A DNA stretch of 64,000 bases from Nitrospirota bacterium (GTDB lineage Bacteria; Nitrospirota; UBA9217). Positions 30,746-41,763 of this stretch are shown here, in pieces (position 1 is the first letter of the stretch; each line of letters begins with the position of its first letter). The stretch spans positions 480,001 through 544,000 of the forward strand of contig CAVTRN010000002.1 in assembly GCA_963737155.1 (NCBI GenBank), given 5' to 3'. The notes beneath the pieces were generated by a model, which did no database searches, was not told where the DNA came from, and was given only the letters and a program-made list of their open reading frames with translations. A program made the translations under genes and the position numbers.

Positions 30746-31228
30746 GTTAGCCAACCTCCTTTCGCACATATCAGGAATACCGATTCTGCCGTGCCTAGTG
30801 CAGTCTGTAAATCATTTCTATTATAGCATTTCTAGTTTCGTCGTTTTTAATGTCCTACACATCTCGTGACAAACTTACACGGCTGAAGCCTGTACTTCGA
30901 TATATGAAAGATATGCTACTGCAAAGAATGCTCGATCGCATCCCGTCTCTCCCAGTATGTGCTTCCCTCTCTGCTTGCGCAAGTCCGACGGGTAGTGTGG
31001 ATACCGAGGGCTCGGCAAGGTTTCTACCGAATAGATCGGGTAGTAGTGTTTATTTATCGATAGCTATCCCAAGGCAAATGCATAGAACCAAACCTTGAGT
31101 AGCCCACCCCAAATTGTTGCCAGGATTCATCAATGCAAATAAGCAAAAGATATTCGTGATAAAGTAATGATCTCAGGTCATTACGGCAAATATATAAAGT
31201 TTATTGCGAAAGAAATGTGCCAGAATAT

Positions 31229-31267
31229 TTAACACAATTTTTACATTACTTTAACAATAATGTAACA
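31229..31267 (+). promoter_or_regulatory. Pho-box-like array upstream of the phn cluster
   Basis: TTAACA, TTTACA, TTAACA, GTAACA at exact 11-bp spacing (31229, 31240, 31251, 31262). Confidence 0.7.
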
Positions 31268-31328
31268 AGTGCGCCGCATAATGTTTTCCTAACATTGTAT
31301 TCGTCGACTGCTGTCAGTACAACATTAC

Positions 31329-31880
31329 ATGCTAAAGAATGAAACCAGTTTGCGGCAAGGGTGTAGGGCATCCCTGGAAGAAATGCGGGGCATGGTCCTG
31401 ATACATGAAGCTTCAGAAGCGATCTCCCGTCCTTCCCTTTATTCTCAGCTCTGCATGGATGACGGCGTTGTCCTTTCCGAGGATGATGCAAAAAAGATCT
31501 TAGCGCAGACAAAGAGCTATTCTGATTACACTATTGATGTTGCAGTCTCCGGTGCCACGGTCATGAGGTCTATCGCTTTGCTAATCATGGACAATCTTGT
31601 CTACAAAGGCGCATCGTTAGGCGTCGTCGAGGACGTCATCGTCCATAAGGGCTGGAGAGGTAAAGGCGTCGGTCAAACTATAATGGGAAAAGCAATGTAC
31701 TTGCGCGCATCTAAGGGTTGTTGCAAACTTGCATTTACTCCGAATAAACTTTGCATCAAAGCACCCCTGTTCTTCAAGACAGCGGGATTCGGTGAGCACA
31801 TCTCCAGTTACAGTGTCCCCATCGGGAAGATCAACACAGCCAGGCCGCGCGATGAGGCCTGGAACGGAGCGTCATCATGA
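31329..31880 (+). CDS. GNAT acetyltransferase (PhnO-like position; start uncertain)
   Basis: VVEDVIVHKGWRGKGVG acetyl-CoA motif; ATGA overlap with phnM. Confidence 0.7.
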   Translation: MLKNETSLRQGCRASLEEMRGMVLIHEASEAISRPSLYSQLCMDDGVVLSEDDAKKILAQTKSYSDYTIDVAVSGATVMRSIALLIMDNLVYKGASLGVVEDVIVHKGWRGKGVGQTIMGKAMYLRASKGCCKLAFTPNKLCIKAPLFFKTAGFGEHISSYSVPIGKINTARPRDEAWNGASS

Positions 31881-33040
31881 GTATGAGAGAAAAGGATTTT
31901 ATCATTGAGAACGCCTCGCTTGTCTGCCCGGCAGCCATCATCGAGGATGGAACGCTTGTAGTGGAGAACGGCTTTATCACGGAGGTTCGCTCAGGCCGGA
32001 TGCCCGGTGCACATAAAAGAATCGACGCAAAAGGCAGGCTGGTTCTTCCAGGGTTTGTGGACATCCACAGTGACGCTATTGAAAAAGAAATCGAGCCGAG
32101 ACCGCGCTCATATTTCCCGTTCGATATTGCCATCGCAGAACTCGATAAGAAAATGGCGGCGAGCGGCATAACGACAATTTATCATTCCCTGTCCTTTGCC
32201 GAGCACGAGATTGGTTTGAGAAAGAATGAGACTGCAGCGGCGATCGTGAAGAAAATAAACAACATGATCCCGAACCTGAGCGTGAACACGAAAGCGCATG
32301 TCCGCTATGAAATAACCGATACCACAGCCGTGACCTTTCTTGAAGAACTGGTACACGGCGGTTCTGTTCATCTTATGTCGTTCATGGACCACACGCCTGG
32401 CCAAGGCCAGTTCAAAGAGGTGATGGAGTTCAAGAAATACTATGGGGCCGTGTATCAGAAGCACGCCACGGAACTCGACCGGATGATTGAGCAGAAGCTC
32501 AGCGTTCTCCAGGATACGAAGGAAGAAATACTTGGTTACCTCATCGGCCTCTGCAAACGATATGAAATTCCGCTTGCTTCCCACGACGACGATACAGCTG
32601 CAAAGATAGATTGGATGCGGTCCATGGGAATTACCATAACCGAGTTTCCCGTGAATCTCGAAACGGCCCGCCATGCTAGCAGCCAGGGGTTGTATGTATG
32701 TGTAGGGGCACCGAACATCCTGCGGGGGAATTCGGTGATCAAGAATCTCAGCGCGCGTCAGGCCGTGGGAGATGATTGTGTTGATATCATCTGTTCGGAC
32801 TATGTGCCCATGGCGGTGCTGCATGCCGTCTTCATCCTGCACAGGACGCTTGCGCTCCCTCTCCATGAAGTGGCGAAAATGGCGAGCCTTTACCCTGCGG
32901 AAGCGGTCGGCATCAGCGGCTATACCGGTTCTCTTGAAGCGGGCAAGGCAGCAGACCTGATCATTGTTGACCAGACCGATGCAATACCGCGCATAAAGAA
33001 AACGTTTGTATCGGGCAGGGAAGTTTTTTCTACCTATTAA
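31877..33040 (+). CDS. phnM: Alpha-D-ribose 1-methylphosphonate 5-triphosphate diphosphatase
   Basis: PGFVDIHSD, MDHTPGQGQF, ASHDD, EFP, GAPNILRG, SDYVP. Confidence 0.95.
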   Translation: MSMREKDFIIENASLVCPAAIIEDGTLVVENGFITEVRSGRMPGAHKRIDAKGRLVLPGFVDIHSDAIEKEIEPRPRSYFPFDIAIAELDKKMAASGITTIYHSLSFAEHEIGLRKNETAAAIVKKINNMIPNLSVNTKAHVRYEITDTTAVTFLEELVHGGSVHLMSFMDHTPGQGQFKEVMEFKKYYGAVYQKHATELDRMIEQKLSVLQDTKEEILGYLIGLCKRYEIPLASHDDDTAAKIDWMRSMGITITEFPVNLETARHASSQGLYVCVGAPNILRGNSVIKNLSARQAVGDDCVDIICSDYVPMAVLHAVFILHRTLALPLHEVAKMASLYPAEAVGISGYTGSLEAGKAADLIIVDQTDAIPRIKKTFVSGREVFSTY

Positions 33041-33116
33041 GAACGAAGCCAGGCTTTCTACGCTTCTCCCGTCCGCAGTATCGGAGAAAGATTGAGCGCA
33101 TGATAGGAGCAATAGC

Positions 33117-33548
33117 TTGAGTAAGAGTTTGGATAATTCCTTTAATAAGCTGGTCGCTGAAATGAACGATAAATCGCTCTCCCGTTTGCAGCGTCTGTTG
33201 CCATTGGAGAAGATTGCGGTCACCAAAGCACCGGAAGTCGGCCTGATCATGATGACGGTGCGCGACTGCTTTGATACGGATTTCTGCCTTGGTGAAGTTC
33301 TCGCGACCGTAGCAGAAACAAAGATCGAGAACACCAGTGGATACTCAATGATCCTCGGCGACAATCCTCGCAAAGCCGTGATAAGTGCGTCGCTCGACGC
33401 GATATTCAATGGCAATGATGCCAAATTGAAGGCAAAGCTCATGCGATGTCTCCGTGCCGTTGAAAAAGAGCACAAGAATCAGCAGAGACTCGAAGCACTG
33501 TTGCCGTCCTCGACGCGCGTTCACTTCGATGCCATGCCCGAAGGATGA
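33117..33548 (+). CDS. phnG: C-P lyase subunit PhnG
   Basis: PEVGLIMM, FCLGEVLAT, TRVHF; position in cluster. Confidence 0.85.
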   Translation: MSKSLDNSFNKLVAEMNDKSLSRLQRLLPLEKIAVTKAPEVGLIMMTVRDCFDTDFCLGEVLATVAETKIENTSGYSMILGDNPRKAVISASLDAIFNGNDAKLKAKLMRCLRAVEKEHKNQQRLEALLPSSTRVHFDAMPEG

Positions 33549-33552
33549 TCCG

Positions 33553-34128
33553 ATGAACGTCGAAAACCAAACACAGGAGGCTTTCCGGACTATCATGCGG
33601 GCAATGGGATTCCCCGGCACTTTCCATTGCCTACGTAATCACTGCTCTCGCAAAACACAGACCGCAAATATGCAACTCCTTGCCGAGACCCTCCTCGATC
33701 AGGACGTGACGTTCTGCGTTATCGGAGACCACGGTACGAACGAGCTAGAAGACATTTTGCACGAACGGACCAACAGTACTGCAACCGAGCTTTCACTCGC
33801 TGATTTCATTATCGTGATGCCTGGCCCAAGCAAAGGAAAGCTGCTTGCCGCAAAGACGGGCGTTCCCGAATACCCCGACCGCAGCGCAACGGTTCTCTTT
33901 AGCGTCGAGTCGCTGGTAGGCGGCAGCGCCGGCGATTTCCACGTACGACTGACCGGTCCGGGGGTCCCGGGTGAAAAATATATTCAGATACAGGGGCTTG
34001 ATCACGAGGTACTGTGCCAACTGAGGGAACTAAACAGCAGCTACCCCCTCGGCGTTGACAGTATCTTTATCGATCAAAACGACCGCATCATGTGCATACC
34101 GCGGTCCGCGAAGATCCAACTGAGGTAA
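33553..34128 (+). CDS. phnH: C-P lyase subunit PhnH
   Basis: FRTIMRAMGFPG, TLLDQDV, YPDRSAT, LTGPG, YPLGVD, IPRS. Confidence 0.92.
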   Translation: MNVENQTQEAFRTIMRAMGFPGTFHCLRNHCSRKTQTANMQLLAETLLDQDVTFCVIGDHGTNELEDILHERTNSTATELSLADFIIVMPGPSKGKLLAAKTGVPEYPDRSATVLFSVESLVGGSAGDFHVRLTGPGVPGEKYIQIQGLDHEVLCQLRELNSSYPLGVDSIFIDQNDRIMCIPRSAKIQLR

Positions 34129-34132
34129 CGGC

Positions 34133-35236
34133 ATGGCTTATGTGGCAGTGAAGGGCGGCAGGGTCGCCATAGAAAATGCGGCAAAGTTCCTCGATTACGA
34201 ACGCACGAAGGGGACATCATTACCGCTCGACGTTGAACAAATAAAGGAGCAGCTCCATTTCCTCGTTGACCGGATTATGGGGGAAGGATCGTTGTACGCT
34301 CCGGACCTTGCCGCCCTGGCCATCAAACAGTCCAGCGGGGATATGCTGGAGGCGGCATTTATTCTTCGGGCTTACCGGACGACACAGCCGAGAATGGGTT
34401 ACTCTCTGCCCGGTTCCACGGGCGAGATGAAAATCATACGCAGAATATCAGCAGCGTTCAAGGATATCCCGGGAAGCCAGGTGCTCGGACCGACGCCGGA
34501 CTATAGCCTGCGGTTGATGGACTTCAACCTTTTCGATGATTCGTACGAAAAACGGCAGGAATATATTCATTCATTATTCAAGGATGTCTGTAACAGCGAC
34601 GAGATGCCTGAAAGCTTTCCCAAGATCGTAGCGCTCCTCAGGAAGGAAAACCTTCTCGAAGAGCGTAGACTGAAAAATTCCAGTGATTCGGAACTGGATG
34701 ATATCACACGAGGATCAATCACCTTTCCCGCGTCACGGCCCGTTTCGCTTCAAAGTATGGCAAGGGGAGAGACGGGAGGACTGCTGCTCCTTGCGTATTC
34801 CAATATGCGCGGCTACGGGAACGTGCATCCCACCGTCGGAGAGCTGAGGGTCGGATTTATGCCCGTTACGATCCGGCATCCCCGTACCGGCGAGGCATAC
34901 TCAATCGGCGAGATCAAGGTAACCGAAGCGGAGATCATTTCCGAATCCAGGACATCGGTAGGGACGCCGAAATTTACACTTGGATACGGCCTCTGTTTCG
35001 GTCACAACGAAGTGAAGGCAATCTCCATGGCAGTACTCGACCTGTCGACACAGGCTGACGAGGCAAGCGCACCGTCAGAGGACCAGGAATTCGTTCTTTC
35101 TCACATTGATGGTATTGAATCCATGGGGTTTTGCAATCATTTTAAGCTTCCGCATTACGTGACGTTTCAATCGTCCCTCGATAGGATCAGAAAGACACAG
35201 GAGGTGTGGGATGAATCTGAAGCAGTGGCTGAATAA
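34133..35236 (+). CDS. phnI: C-P lyase subunit PhnI
   Basis: MAYVAVKGG, RRISAAFKDIPG, HPTVGELR, HFKLPHYVTFQS. Confidence 0.96.
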   Translation: MAYVAVKGGRVAIENAAKFLDYERTKGTSLPLDVEQIKEQLHFLVDRIMGEGSLYAPDLAALAIKQSSGDMLEAAFILRAYRTTQPRMGYSLPGSTGEMKIIRRISAAFKDIPGSQVLGPTPDYSLRLMDFNLFDDSYEKRQEYIHSLFKDVCNSDEMPESFPKIVALLRKENLLEERRLKNSSDSELDDITRGSITFPASRPVSLQSMARGETGGLLLLAYSNMRGYGNVHPTVGELRVGFMPVTIRHPRTGEAYSIGEIKVTEAEIISESRTSVGTPKFTLGYGLCFGHNEVKAISMAVLDLSTQADEASAPSEDQEFVLSHIDGIESMGFCNHFKLPHYVTFQSSLDRIRKTQEVWDESEAVAE

Positions 35237-36098
35237 TGCGACCCATGCTGACCGGCTGACCGGCAAATATAGCTTCGCGTTCCTCGACGAAGGAACGAAG
35301 CGCGAGATCCGCCGCAAAATTCTGAAAGCGATCGCTATCCCGGGGTATCAGGTTCCCTTCAGCTCGCGGGAACTGCCGATCGCAAGAGGATGGGGAACAG
35401 GCGGCTTGCAGATCACGCTTTCAATCATCGGTCTCCATGACATCTTGAAGGTGATCGACCAGGGGTCTGATGACAGCGTCAATGCCGTGAACATCGGCAG
35501 GTTCGTGAACAGGGTCACGGGCGTCAATCTTACGACCGATACGGAGGAAGCGAGCATTATCCAGACACGACACCGGATTCCTGAGGAGCCTCTGCGCGAA
35601 GAACAGGTGCTTGTGCTCCAGGTTCCGATCCCTGAGGTGCTCCGGACTGTCGAACCTTCGGAGAAAGAGACGCGTCGCATGCACGCGGAGGCAGATTACA
35701 GCGCGATGTGGCTGTATCTCTACGAAGACATCATCAAGTACCGCGAGATCAGCATCGGTTCGCGATATCCTGTGACTGTCAACCATCGTTATATCATGGA
35801 TCCGAGCCCCATCCCGCGCTGGGACATACCTAAACTGCATATGGCAAAGAACCTTTATCTCTTCTGTGCTGGCAGGGAGAAAAGAATCTATGCAATACCG
35901 CCCCATACCGATGTACGACCACTCGAGTTCGAGGACCACAAGTTTCGGGTAGAGGATTTCAAGGGTGCAGTCTGTTGCCGGTGCGGTAGCACGAGTACGT
36001 ACCTCGATGAAATAGTTGAGGACGAAAGCGGTGTGCGCACCTATTCCTGTTCCGATACGGCATACTGCTCCAAAGTTGCAGAGAAGAAACGAAATTAA
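35211..36098 (+). CDS. phnJ: C-P lyase radical-SAM subunit PhnJ
   Basis: AIPGYQVPF (glycyl-radical Gly), GWGTGG, QTRHRIPE, CxxC..CSDTAYC. Confidence 0.97.
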   Translation: MNLKQWLNNATHADRLTGKYSFAFLDEGTKREIRRKILKAIAIPGYQVPFSSRELPIARGWGTGGLQITLSIIGLHDILKVIDQGSDDSVNAVNIGRFVNRVTGVNLTTDTEEASIIQTRHRIPEEPLREEQVLVLQVPIPEVLRTVEPSEKETRRMHAEADYSAMWLYLYEDIIKYREISIGSRYPVTVNHRYIMDPSPIPRWDIPKLHMAKNLYLFCAGREKRIYAIPPHTDVRPLEFEDHKFRVEDFKGAVCCRCGSTSTYLDEIVEDESGVRTYSCSDTAYCSKVAEKKRN

Positions 36099-36099
36099 C

Positions 36100-36966
36100 A
36101 TGAAGCCACTTTTAACAATTAAGAACCTCACCAAAATGTACGGGACGGGCTGTTTGGATTGCACGGACCATGCTGGCCTGCGTGAAAAATCGAACATCTG
36201 TCCGGAATGCGGGACGGTGTTTGCCTGCAGCGACATCTCCTTCGACCTGTTCCCGGGTGAGGTGCTTGGTGTTGTGGGTGAAAGCGGCTCCGGCAAAAGT
36301 ACGCTCGTAAAACTTCTCAATTTCGACATGGCGCCGTCATGGGGTGAGATGTACGTACGGCTGAAAGGCAGAGGCGATGATCCGTCTCTTTTGGCCCTCC
36401 CGGTCAGTGATGGCAACCTTTTTTTAATCAGTTCTTACCAGAAAAGACAACTGAAGAACGCTCTCTTGGGCGTCGTTTACCAGAGCCCTTACCTGGGGCT
36501 TAAAATGAATATTAGCGCAGGCGGCAATGTTGCCGAGCGTCTGCTCATGGCGGGCTGGAGACACGTAGGAAAGATACGCGAACGGGCTTCATTGCTGCTG
36601 GAAAAGACGGAGGTCCCTGTGTCCCGAATGGATGAACCGCCGAAGAATTTCAGCGGCGGCATGCAACAGCGAGTCCAGATTGCACGGGCATTGTCAAACG
36701 AGCCAGTCCTGCTCCTGCTCGATGAAGTGACAACCGGCCTGGATGTTTCGGTCCAGGCACGGGTGCTCGATCTCATCCGGAGCCTGCACCGGGAACTCGG
36801 CGTCTCGATGATAGTGGTTTCTCATGATCTTTCAGTTATTCGTCTGCTGACCACGAGGACCTTGGTTCTTCAGGAGGGAAGGATCGTTGAATCGGGGCTG
36901 ACGGATCAGGTGCTGGAGGATCCCCAGCATCCCTATACGCAGTTGCTGGTCAGCTCGGCATTATAA
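36100..36966 (+). CDS. phnK: C-P lyase ABC ATPase PhnK
   Basis: GESGSGKS, SAGGNVAERL, FSGGMQQR, GLTDQVLEDPQHPYTQLL. Confidence 0.95.
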   Translation: MKPLLTIKNLTKMYGTGCLDCTDHAGLREKSNICPECGTVFACSDISFDLFPGEVLGVVGESGSGKSTLVKLLNFDMAPSWGEMYVRLKGRGDDPSLLALPVSDGNLFLISSYQKRQLKNALLGVVYQSPYLGLKMNISAGGNVAERLLMAGWRHVGKIRERASLLLEKTEVPVSRMDEPPKNFSGGMQQRVQIARALSNEPVLLLLDEVTTGLDVSVQARVLDLIRSLHRELGVSMIVVSHDLSVIRLLTTRTLVLQEGRIVESGLTDQVLEDPQHPYTQLLVSSAL

Positions 36967-37115
36967 ACAACAGGCAGCGGCTTGAACCCAGACAGGCACT
37001 TGGTCGAGCGAGGAGCGAAATATATGGCAAAAGCTTGTTTTGTCTCTCGCCGGGTGGCCGTGATGCGGCCCGGTGGTTCCAGAAACCCTGAACAATTGCA
37101 CAAGGATTTCTAAAC

Positions 37116-37802
37116 ATGTTGAAACTGAAAAATTTGTCAAAAACATTCACTGTGCATACGCGCGGCGGCAAAGTCATTAACGGCTGCGAGCGGGTGTCAT
37201 TCAACGTTGGACCAGGGGAACTGCTGGGCCTTGCCGGACCGAGCGGTTCGGGGAAAACCTCCATCTTGAAATGCATCTACCGGACATATATACCAACCTC
37301 CGGCACTGTTAACTATGCATCGAAAGAGTTCGGCCCTGTTGACCTTGCTCAAGCTTCGGAACACATGATTGTCAGGCTGAGGTCACGCGAGATAGGCTAC
37401 GTGACGCAGTTCCTGAAAGTGCTGCCGCGCGTGCCTGCTGCAGATGTTGTGGCAGAACCGCTCCTGTGGAGGGGCGTCCCTCTTGATGAGGCCAGAAAGA
37501 GCGCGGTAGAAATGCTCTATCGCCTGCACATTCCGAGCGCGCTCTTCGACGCCTGCCCGGGAACCTTTAGCGGCGGGGAGCAGCAACGGATCAATGTGGC
37601 GCGCGCTGTGATCGCGAAACCCCGGCTCCTCCTCCTTGACGAACCGACGGCATCACTTGACCGGCATTCCGTAAGTATTATTGTGGATATTCTTCGAGAT
37701 CTCAAAAAAGAAGGTTGTACGATGATCGGGATTTTCCACGACAAGAACCTGATGGAATCCGTTGCGGACAGGACCTATGAAATGTCGTCAGTTACAGCAT
37801 AG
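37116..37802 (+). CDS. phnL: C-P lyase ABC ATPase PhnL
   Basis: [38 protein letters not shown]. Confidence 0.95.
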   Translation: MLKLKNLSKTFTVHTRGGKVINGCERVSFNVGPGELLGLAGPSGSGKTSILKCIYRTYIPTSGTVNYASKEFGPVDLAQASEHMIVRLRSREIGYVTQFLKVLPRVPAADVVAEPLLWRGVPLDEARKSAVEMLYRLHIPSALFDACPGTFSGGEQQRINVARAVIAKPRLLLLDEPTASLDRHSVSIIVDILRDLKKEGCTMIGIFHDKNLMESVADRTYEMSSVTA

Positions 37803-37933
37803 CCATGACTGAAAGAAACCTTAATTTTGTCATATAGAGGTACTAACAGTGGCACCAACGGGCGCGCAGATAAATGGGGTGAAGTCCAGCTAGTTGTGAA
37901 GAAGATTATGGCAGGTAAGGAGGTTTTTTCAAC

Positions 37934-38896
37934 ATGCAGGATCTAGGAGCTAAAATCGACGAAACGATGATCGACCGGAGCCTGCCGAGACTGAAAACGG
38001 GCCTTGATACTCTCCGGGAGCACGAATTTCGCGCTGTGGAGTTGCCTGTTCACGGTCTCGACGTGATCAGGAACGGCAGGCTCGATTACGCCCGGGTCGT
38101 GCAGGTAAGGGAACTTCTTGCGGATTATGATTTCCGCTACAGCATCCACTCGCCGGATCCCCTGAATCTCATGGACAAGGACGAGCCCGATCTGCATGTC
38201 GCGGTCCTGAAGGCCTCGATCGAATTCGCTCTCCTCAATCAAGCGACTGTCCTGGTATATCATCCGGGACGGTACGTATCCGAAGAGCTGTTCATGCTCT
38301 ATGAAAAACACGATTTTTCGTCCGACGAAAAAAGAAAGCTGCTCGACAAAGAAGCGTTGCTGCTGCAGCGCATTGCGGACGAGTATCCGGAGATGACCAT
38401 CTGCATGGAAAATTCGCGCCCCTATCTGTTTCACTCGCCTTACTGTTATGCGGAACGGCTGGGCCCTCTTGCGGACCAAGTGGAAAACATCAACAGAAAG
38501 AACGTCAAGATAAATCTTGATTTCGGCCACCTCTATCTCGCGTCGAAGCACTATGAATTTGACGCAATAAAGGAGGTCGAAAAAATACGACTGCATGTCG
38601 GCCATACGCACATCCATGACAATTTCGGAAAGGTCATTTATTACCACGAAAAACAGCAGACGCGACTTTTCCCTTTCGGGAAAGGAGACTCCCATATGCC
38701 GGTTGGGTGGGGAGAGATTCCCTTCGAGGATATCCTGTCTCCGTTTATCGACGGATATGAGGGCATGTTCATGATGGAGCTGCGGGGACGGTACTTCGAC
38801 AGCGTTCTGGAATCGAGAGATAACTTGAAGGTGATTCTTGCGTCGTGCACACGGCACCGGGCGGCGCAGGAACGTATGATCACGAACGGTACATAG
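37934..38896 (+). CDS. TIM-barrel metalloenzyme (xylose isomerase/AP endonuclease 2-like)
   Basis: [42 protein letters not shown]. Confidence 0.85.
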   Translation: MQDLGAKIDETMIDRSLPRLKTGLDTLREHEFRAVELPVHGLDVIRNGRLDYARVVQVRELLADYDFRYSIHSPDPLNLMDKDEPDLHVAVLKASIEFALLNQATVLVYHPGRYVSEELFMLYEKHDFSSDEKRKLLDKEALLLQRIADEYPEMTICMENSRPYLFHSPYCYAERLGPLADQVENINRKNVKINLDFGHLYLASKHYEFDAIKEVEKIRLHVGHTHIHDNFGKVIYYHEKQQTRLFPFGKGDSHMPVGWGEIPFEDILSPFIDGYEGMFMMELRGRYFDSVLESRDNLKVILASCTRHRAAQERMITNGT

Positions 38897-38907
38897 CAGG
38901 GGAGACC

Positions 38908-39564
38908 ATGTTTCATCACGTATCCTTATTTAAGACTGAACAGCATCTCGATGCGCCGCATCTCGGGGAACAGCCGAGCATCCATCCGACTGCCATAATC
39001 GTAAACTGCTTTCTTGGGGAATGGACAGCGATCGGACCTCAGTCGCATATTGAAGAGACGCTGTTCGATGACTACAGCTATACGGACAGCGATGTATCCA
39101 TTATTTATGCGGAAATAGGAAAATTCGTGAACATCGCCTCGCACGTCCGTATTAACCCGGGCAACCATCCCATGGAGCGGGTGACCTTGCATCACTGTAC
39201 CTACCGAAGGAAGAAGTATGGGTTCGCAGAAACCGATGATGAGTCAATCTTTTCGTGGAGACGCTCGCATACCTGTAAGATTGGCCATGACGTGTGGATA
39301 GGGCATGCCGCGACGATCATGCCTGGCGTTATGATAGGCCCCGGAGCGGTCGTTGGTGCTGGGGCAGTCGTTACTAAGGATGTCGCGCCGTACGAGATCG
39401 TTGCAGGCGTGCCTGCGCGCTCGATCCGTAAGCGGTTTTCCGATGAAACGATCAAGAAGCTGCTCGGTATCGCCTGGTGGGATTGGGACCGTACGATGCT
39501 AAAAAAACGTTTTGCAGATTTTTATGATCTTAAGACATTTCTCGACAAATATTCAGCGACCTGA
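38908..39564 (+). CDS. Hexapeptide-repeat acetyltransferase, phosphonate-cluster-associated type
   Basis: [44 protein letters not shown]. Confidence 0.9.
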   Translation: MFHHVSLFKTEQHLDAPHLGEQPSIHPTAIIVNCFLGEWTAIGPQSHIEETLFDDYSYTDSDVSIIYAEIGKFVNIASHVRINPGNHPMERVTLHHCTYRRKKYGFAETDDESIFSWRRSHTCKIGHDVWIGHAATIMPGVMIGPGAVVGAGAVVTKDVAPYEIVAGVPARSIRKRFSDETIKKLLGIAWWDWDRTMLKKRFADFYDLKTFLDKYSAT

Positions 39565-39856
39565 AGAATGAGAAGCAATGTTTTAGAGGGACTTCGCCTC
39601 AGACAATTGAGTCATGATCACGTGAAAAGGCAAAAACGACTCTCTCAAAGCTGCAGAGCCCGCAAAGGAAAATAGAACGAACTGTTTTACAATATTCTTA
39701 CCGTCTGTGCGAAAATTGTTTTTGTTCGACTCAATAATTTGCACAAAATAAAGATCTTGATTTGTAAAGTTCTTTAATCTCTCTGACTGGCAGCGGCAAA
39801 CCTATTCGGTTGCAGCTGCAGCTCTCTGAGCAAATCGAGATGTAAAGGAGAGCACC

Positions 39857-40531
39857 ATGGATAAAGATAGAGAATGTGCTACAGCCCTTGATACCGCGCA
39901 TCAGGCGTGGGACAGCCTCTGGGGCACTGAAGAGGGACGCAAGGACTGGATCGCCGTGGAACAGGACGTAAGAGGCCTGGAAAAGGAATTGGCTGGCCTG
40001 AAGGTATCCCGGGTGCTCGATCTCGGGTGCGGCATCGGCAGGCATTCACTCTTTCTGGCGTCTAAGGGTTTTCAGGTGTTCTCCATCGACGCCAGCAGCA
40101 GGGCGGTTGATTTCACACAAAATGCCGCACGGAAGGCCGGCTTTTCCATCGATGTCAAGCAGTCGGCCATGACCGAGTTGCCTTTTGAGGACCGTTATTT
40201 TGATTATGTCCTCGCTTGGAACGTGATCTACCATGGCGATCCAGACACGGTGAGAAAGGTGCTATCTGAAGTAGCCCGCGTTCTCCGGCCATGCGGCATA
40301 TTCCAGGGGACAATGCTTACAAAGCGTAACGCTTATTACGGCAAGGGACGAAGGGTAGCCCCCGATACCTATGTCAACGATGAAGAGGATGAAAAGAAAC
40401 ATGCACATTTCTATTGCAATGCAAAGGAGTTCGCCGAATTGTTATATGACTTTGAGCTCCTTTCCCTGCGCCAGCAGAAACAGCTGAAACCGGGGTCTTA
40501 CCATTGGCATTTTGTTGCCGAAAGGATCTGA
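39857..40531 (+). CDS. Class I SAM-dependent methyltransferase
   Basis: VLDLGCGIGRH, LPFEDRYFDYV, RVLRP; AGGAG RBS. Confidence 0.9.
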   Translation: MDKDRECATALDTAHQAWDSLWGTEEGRKDWIAVEQDVRGLEKELAGLKVSRVLDLGCGIGRHSLFLASKGFQVFSIDASSRAVDFTQNAARKAGFSIDVKQSAMTELPFEDRYFDYVLAWNVIYHGDPDTVRKVLSEVARVLRPCGIFQGTMLTKRNAYYGKGRRVAPDTYVNDEEDEKKHAHFYCNAKEFAELLYDFELLSLRQQKQLKPGSYHWHFVAERI

Positions 40532-40757
40532 AATGGCTTCTTGTTGTGAAAGCATTGAAAAAAATGAAGACCGAGAGCATGTGGAATACCGCAGTACGCA
40601 ATTCAGGAGTCTATCTGTAATAGCTGTGGATTTCAATGGCGAAGGGAGGTAACAGGTTCAGGAAATGGTAGACAGGGCTGGTCGAGCCGGATGTAACCCG
40701 GCATCGGTTCAATAAAATGGGAATTTATTTCACTATAAATTAGCAATGGAGGGGAAA

Positions 40758-41672
40758 ATGAAAAAATATGTTTTTGCTCTTGGCCTGGTAGCGGCCCTGA
40801 CGACAATTCTGACGGGGGTACTCCATGCCAGTCAAAAAAGCCTGGTGATGGGTCTCATCCCCGCAGAGGATCCCCAGGCCATGATCGAGCAAATCAAACC
40901 CATGAAGGATTGGATGGAGAAAGAACTTGGGCAGCGTATAGAGCTCTTCACTGCCACTGATTACTCTGGCGTAATCGAGGCTATGCGGGTCAAGAAAGTG
41001 GATTTTGCCTGGTTCGGCCCCTTTTCATACGTGATGGCCCATGATAGGGCGGGAGCTGATGCATTTGCGGTGGGCATCGATCTCAAGGGCAAAAGCACCT
41101 ACCAATCATACCTGGTGGCCACTCCGGAAACGGCCAAGAAGTTGGGAATCTCTACTCCCTTAGTGGGGGAGGAGGGCATGAGAGAGATTGCTCAAAAGCT
41201 CAACGAACACAAAAAGGAATTCACTTTCACGTTCACCGATCCCGCCTCAACTTCCGGCTATGCAGTACCCAGGTACTTCATGTGGAAGGTCGGCATGGAC
41301 CCGGAACAGGTGTTCCAAAGGGTAGGCTTCAGCGGCACGCATGATGCTGCCGAGCTGATGGTGAAAAACAAGACGGTCGATATGTGCTCCGACAATGATA
41401 TGACCAATCCTGCCATGGTCGCTGCCGGGAAGATTTCGCCCGAGACCAATATTGTGATCTGGAGGTCGATCCCCCTTCCCGGTTCTCCTGTGGCTTATCG
41501 GCACGACTTGCCGGAAAAAATCAAGGAAGCTTTGAGAAAGGCAATTACCACAATTCCCGAAGATGCCAACAAGGTCAAAGCTTTTGGGAACATAACTGGA
41601 TGGCAGATAGTAAGCGACAATGACTATACGCTTATTAAAAATGTCAAGGAAGTGATAGACGGCCTGAAATAG
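40758..41672 (+). CDS. phnD: Phosphonate ABC transporter substrate-binding protein
   Basis: Signal peptide, DYSGVIEAM, FGPFSY, DPASTSGY, GTHDAA. Confidence 0.92.
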   Translation: MKKYVFALGLVAALTTILTGVLHASQKSLVMGLIPAEDPQAMIEQIKPMKDWMEKELGQRIELFTATDYSGVIEAMRVKKVDFAWFGPFSYVMAHDRAGADAFAVGIDLKGKSTYQSYLVATPETAKKLGISTPLVGEEGMREIAQKLNEHKKEFTFTFTDPASTSGYAVPRYFMWKVGMDPEQVFQRVGFSGTHDAAELMVKNKTVDMCSDNDMTNPAMVAAGKISPETNIVIWRSIPLPGSPVAYRHDLPEKIKEALRKAITTIPEDANKVKAFGNITGWQIVSDNDYTLIKNVKEVIDGLK

Positions 41673-41763
41673 GAGTCTCGACGGCGCTGAAGGCAGGCAC
41701 CCTAACGGGCAGCCATGAATGGGAGCACCTGCCTTCAGCAGACGTCCAAGGGCCGGGGAGAAT

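Noticed and set aside
32108-33475. 455-aa minus-strand ORF, and similar long antisense ORFs at 3984-4883, 35421-36416, 37943-38857, 42945-43994 and 46328-47767
   Set aside because: Antisense shadows of well-supported genes; no motifs
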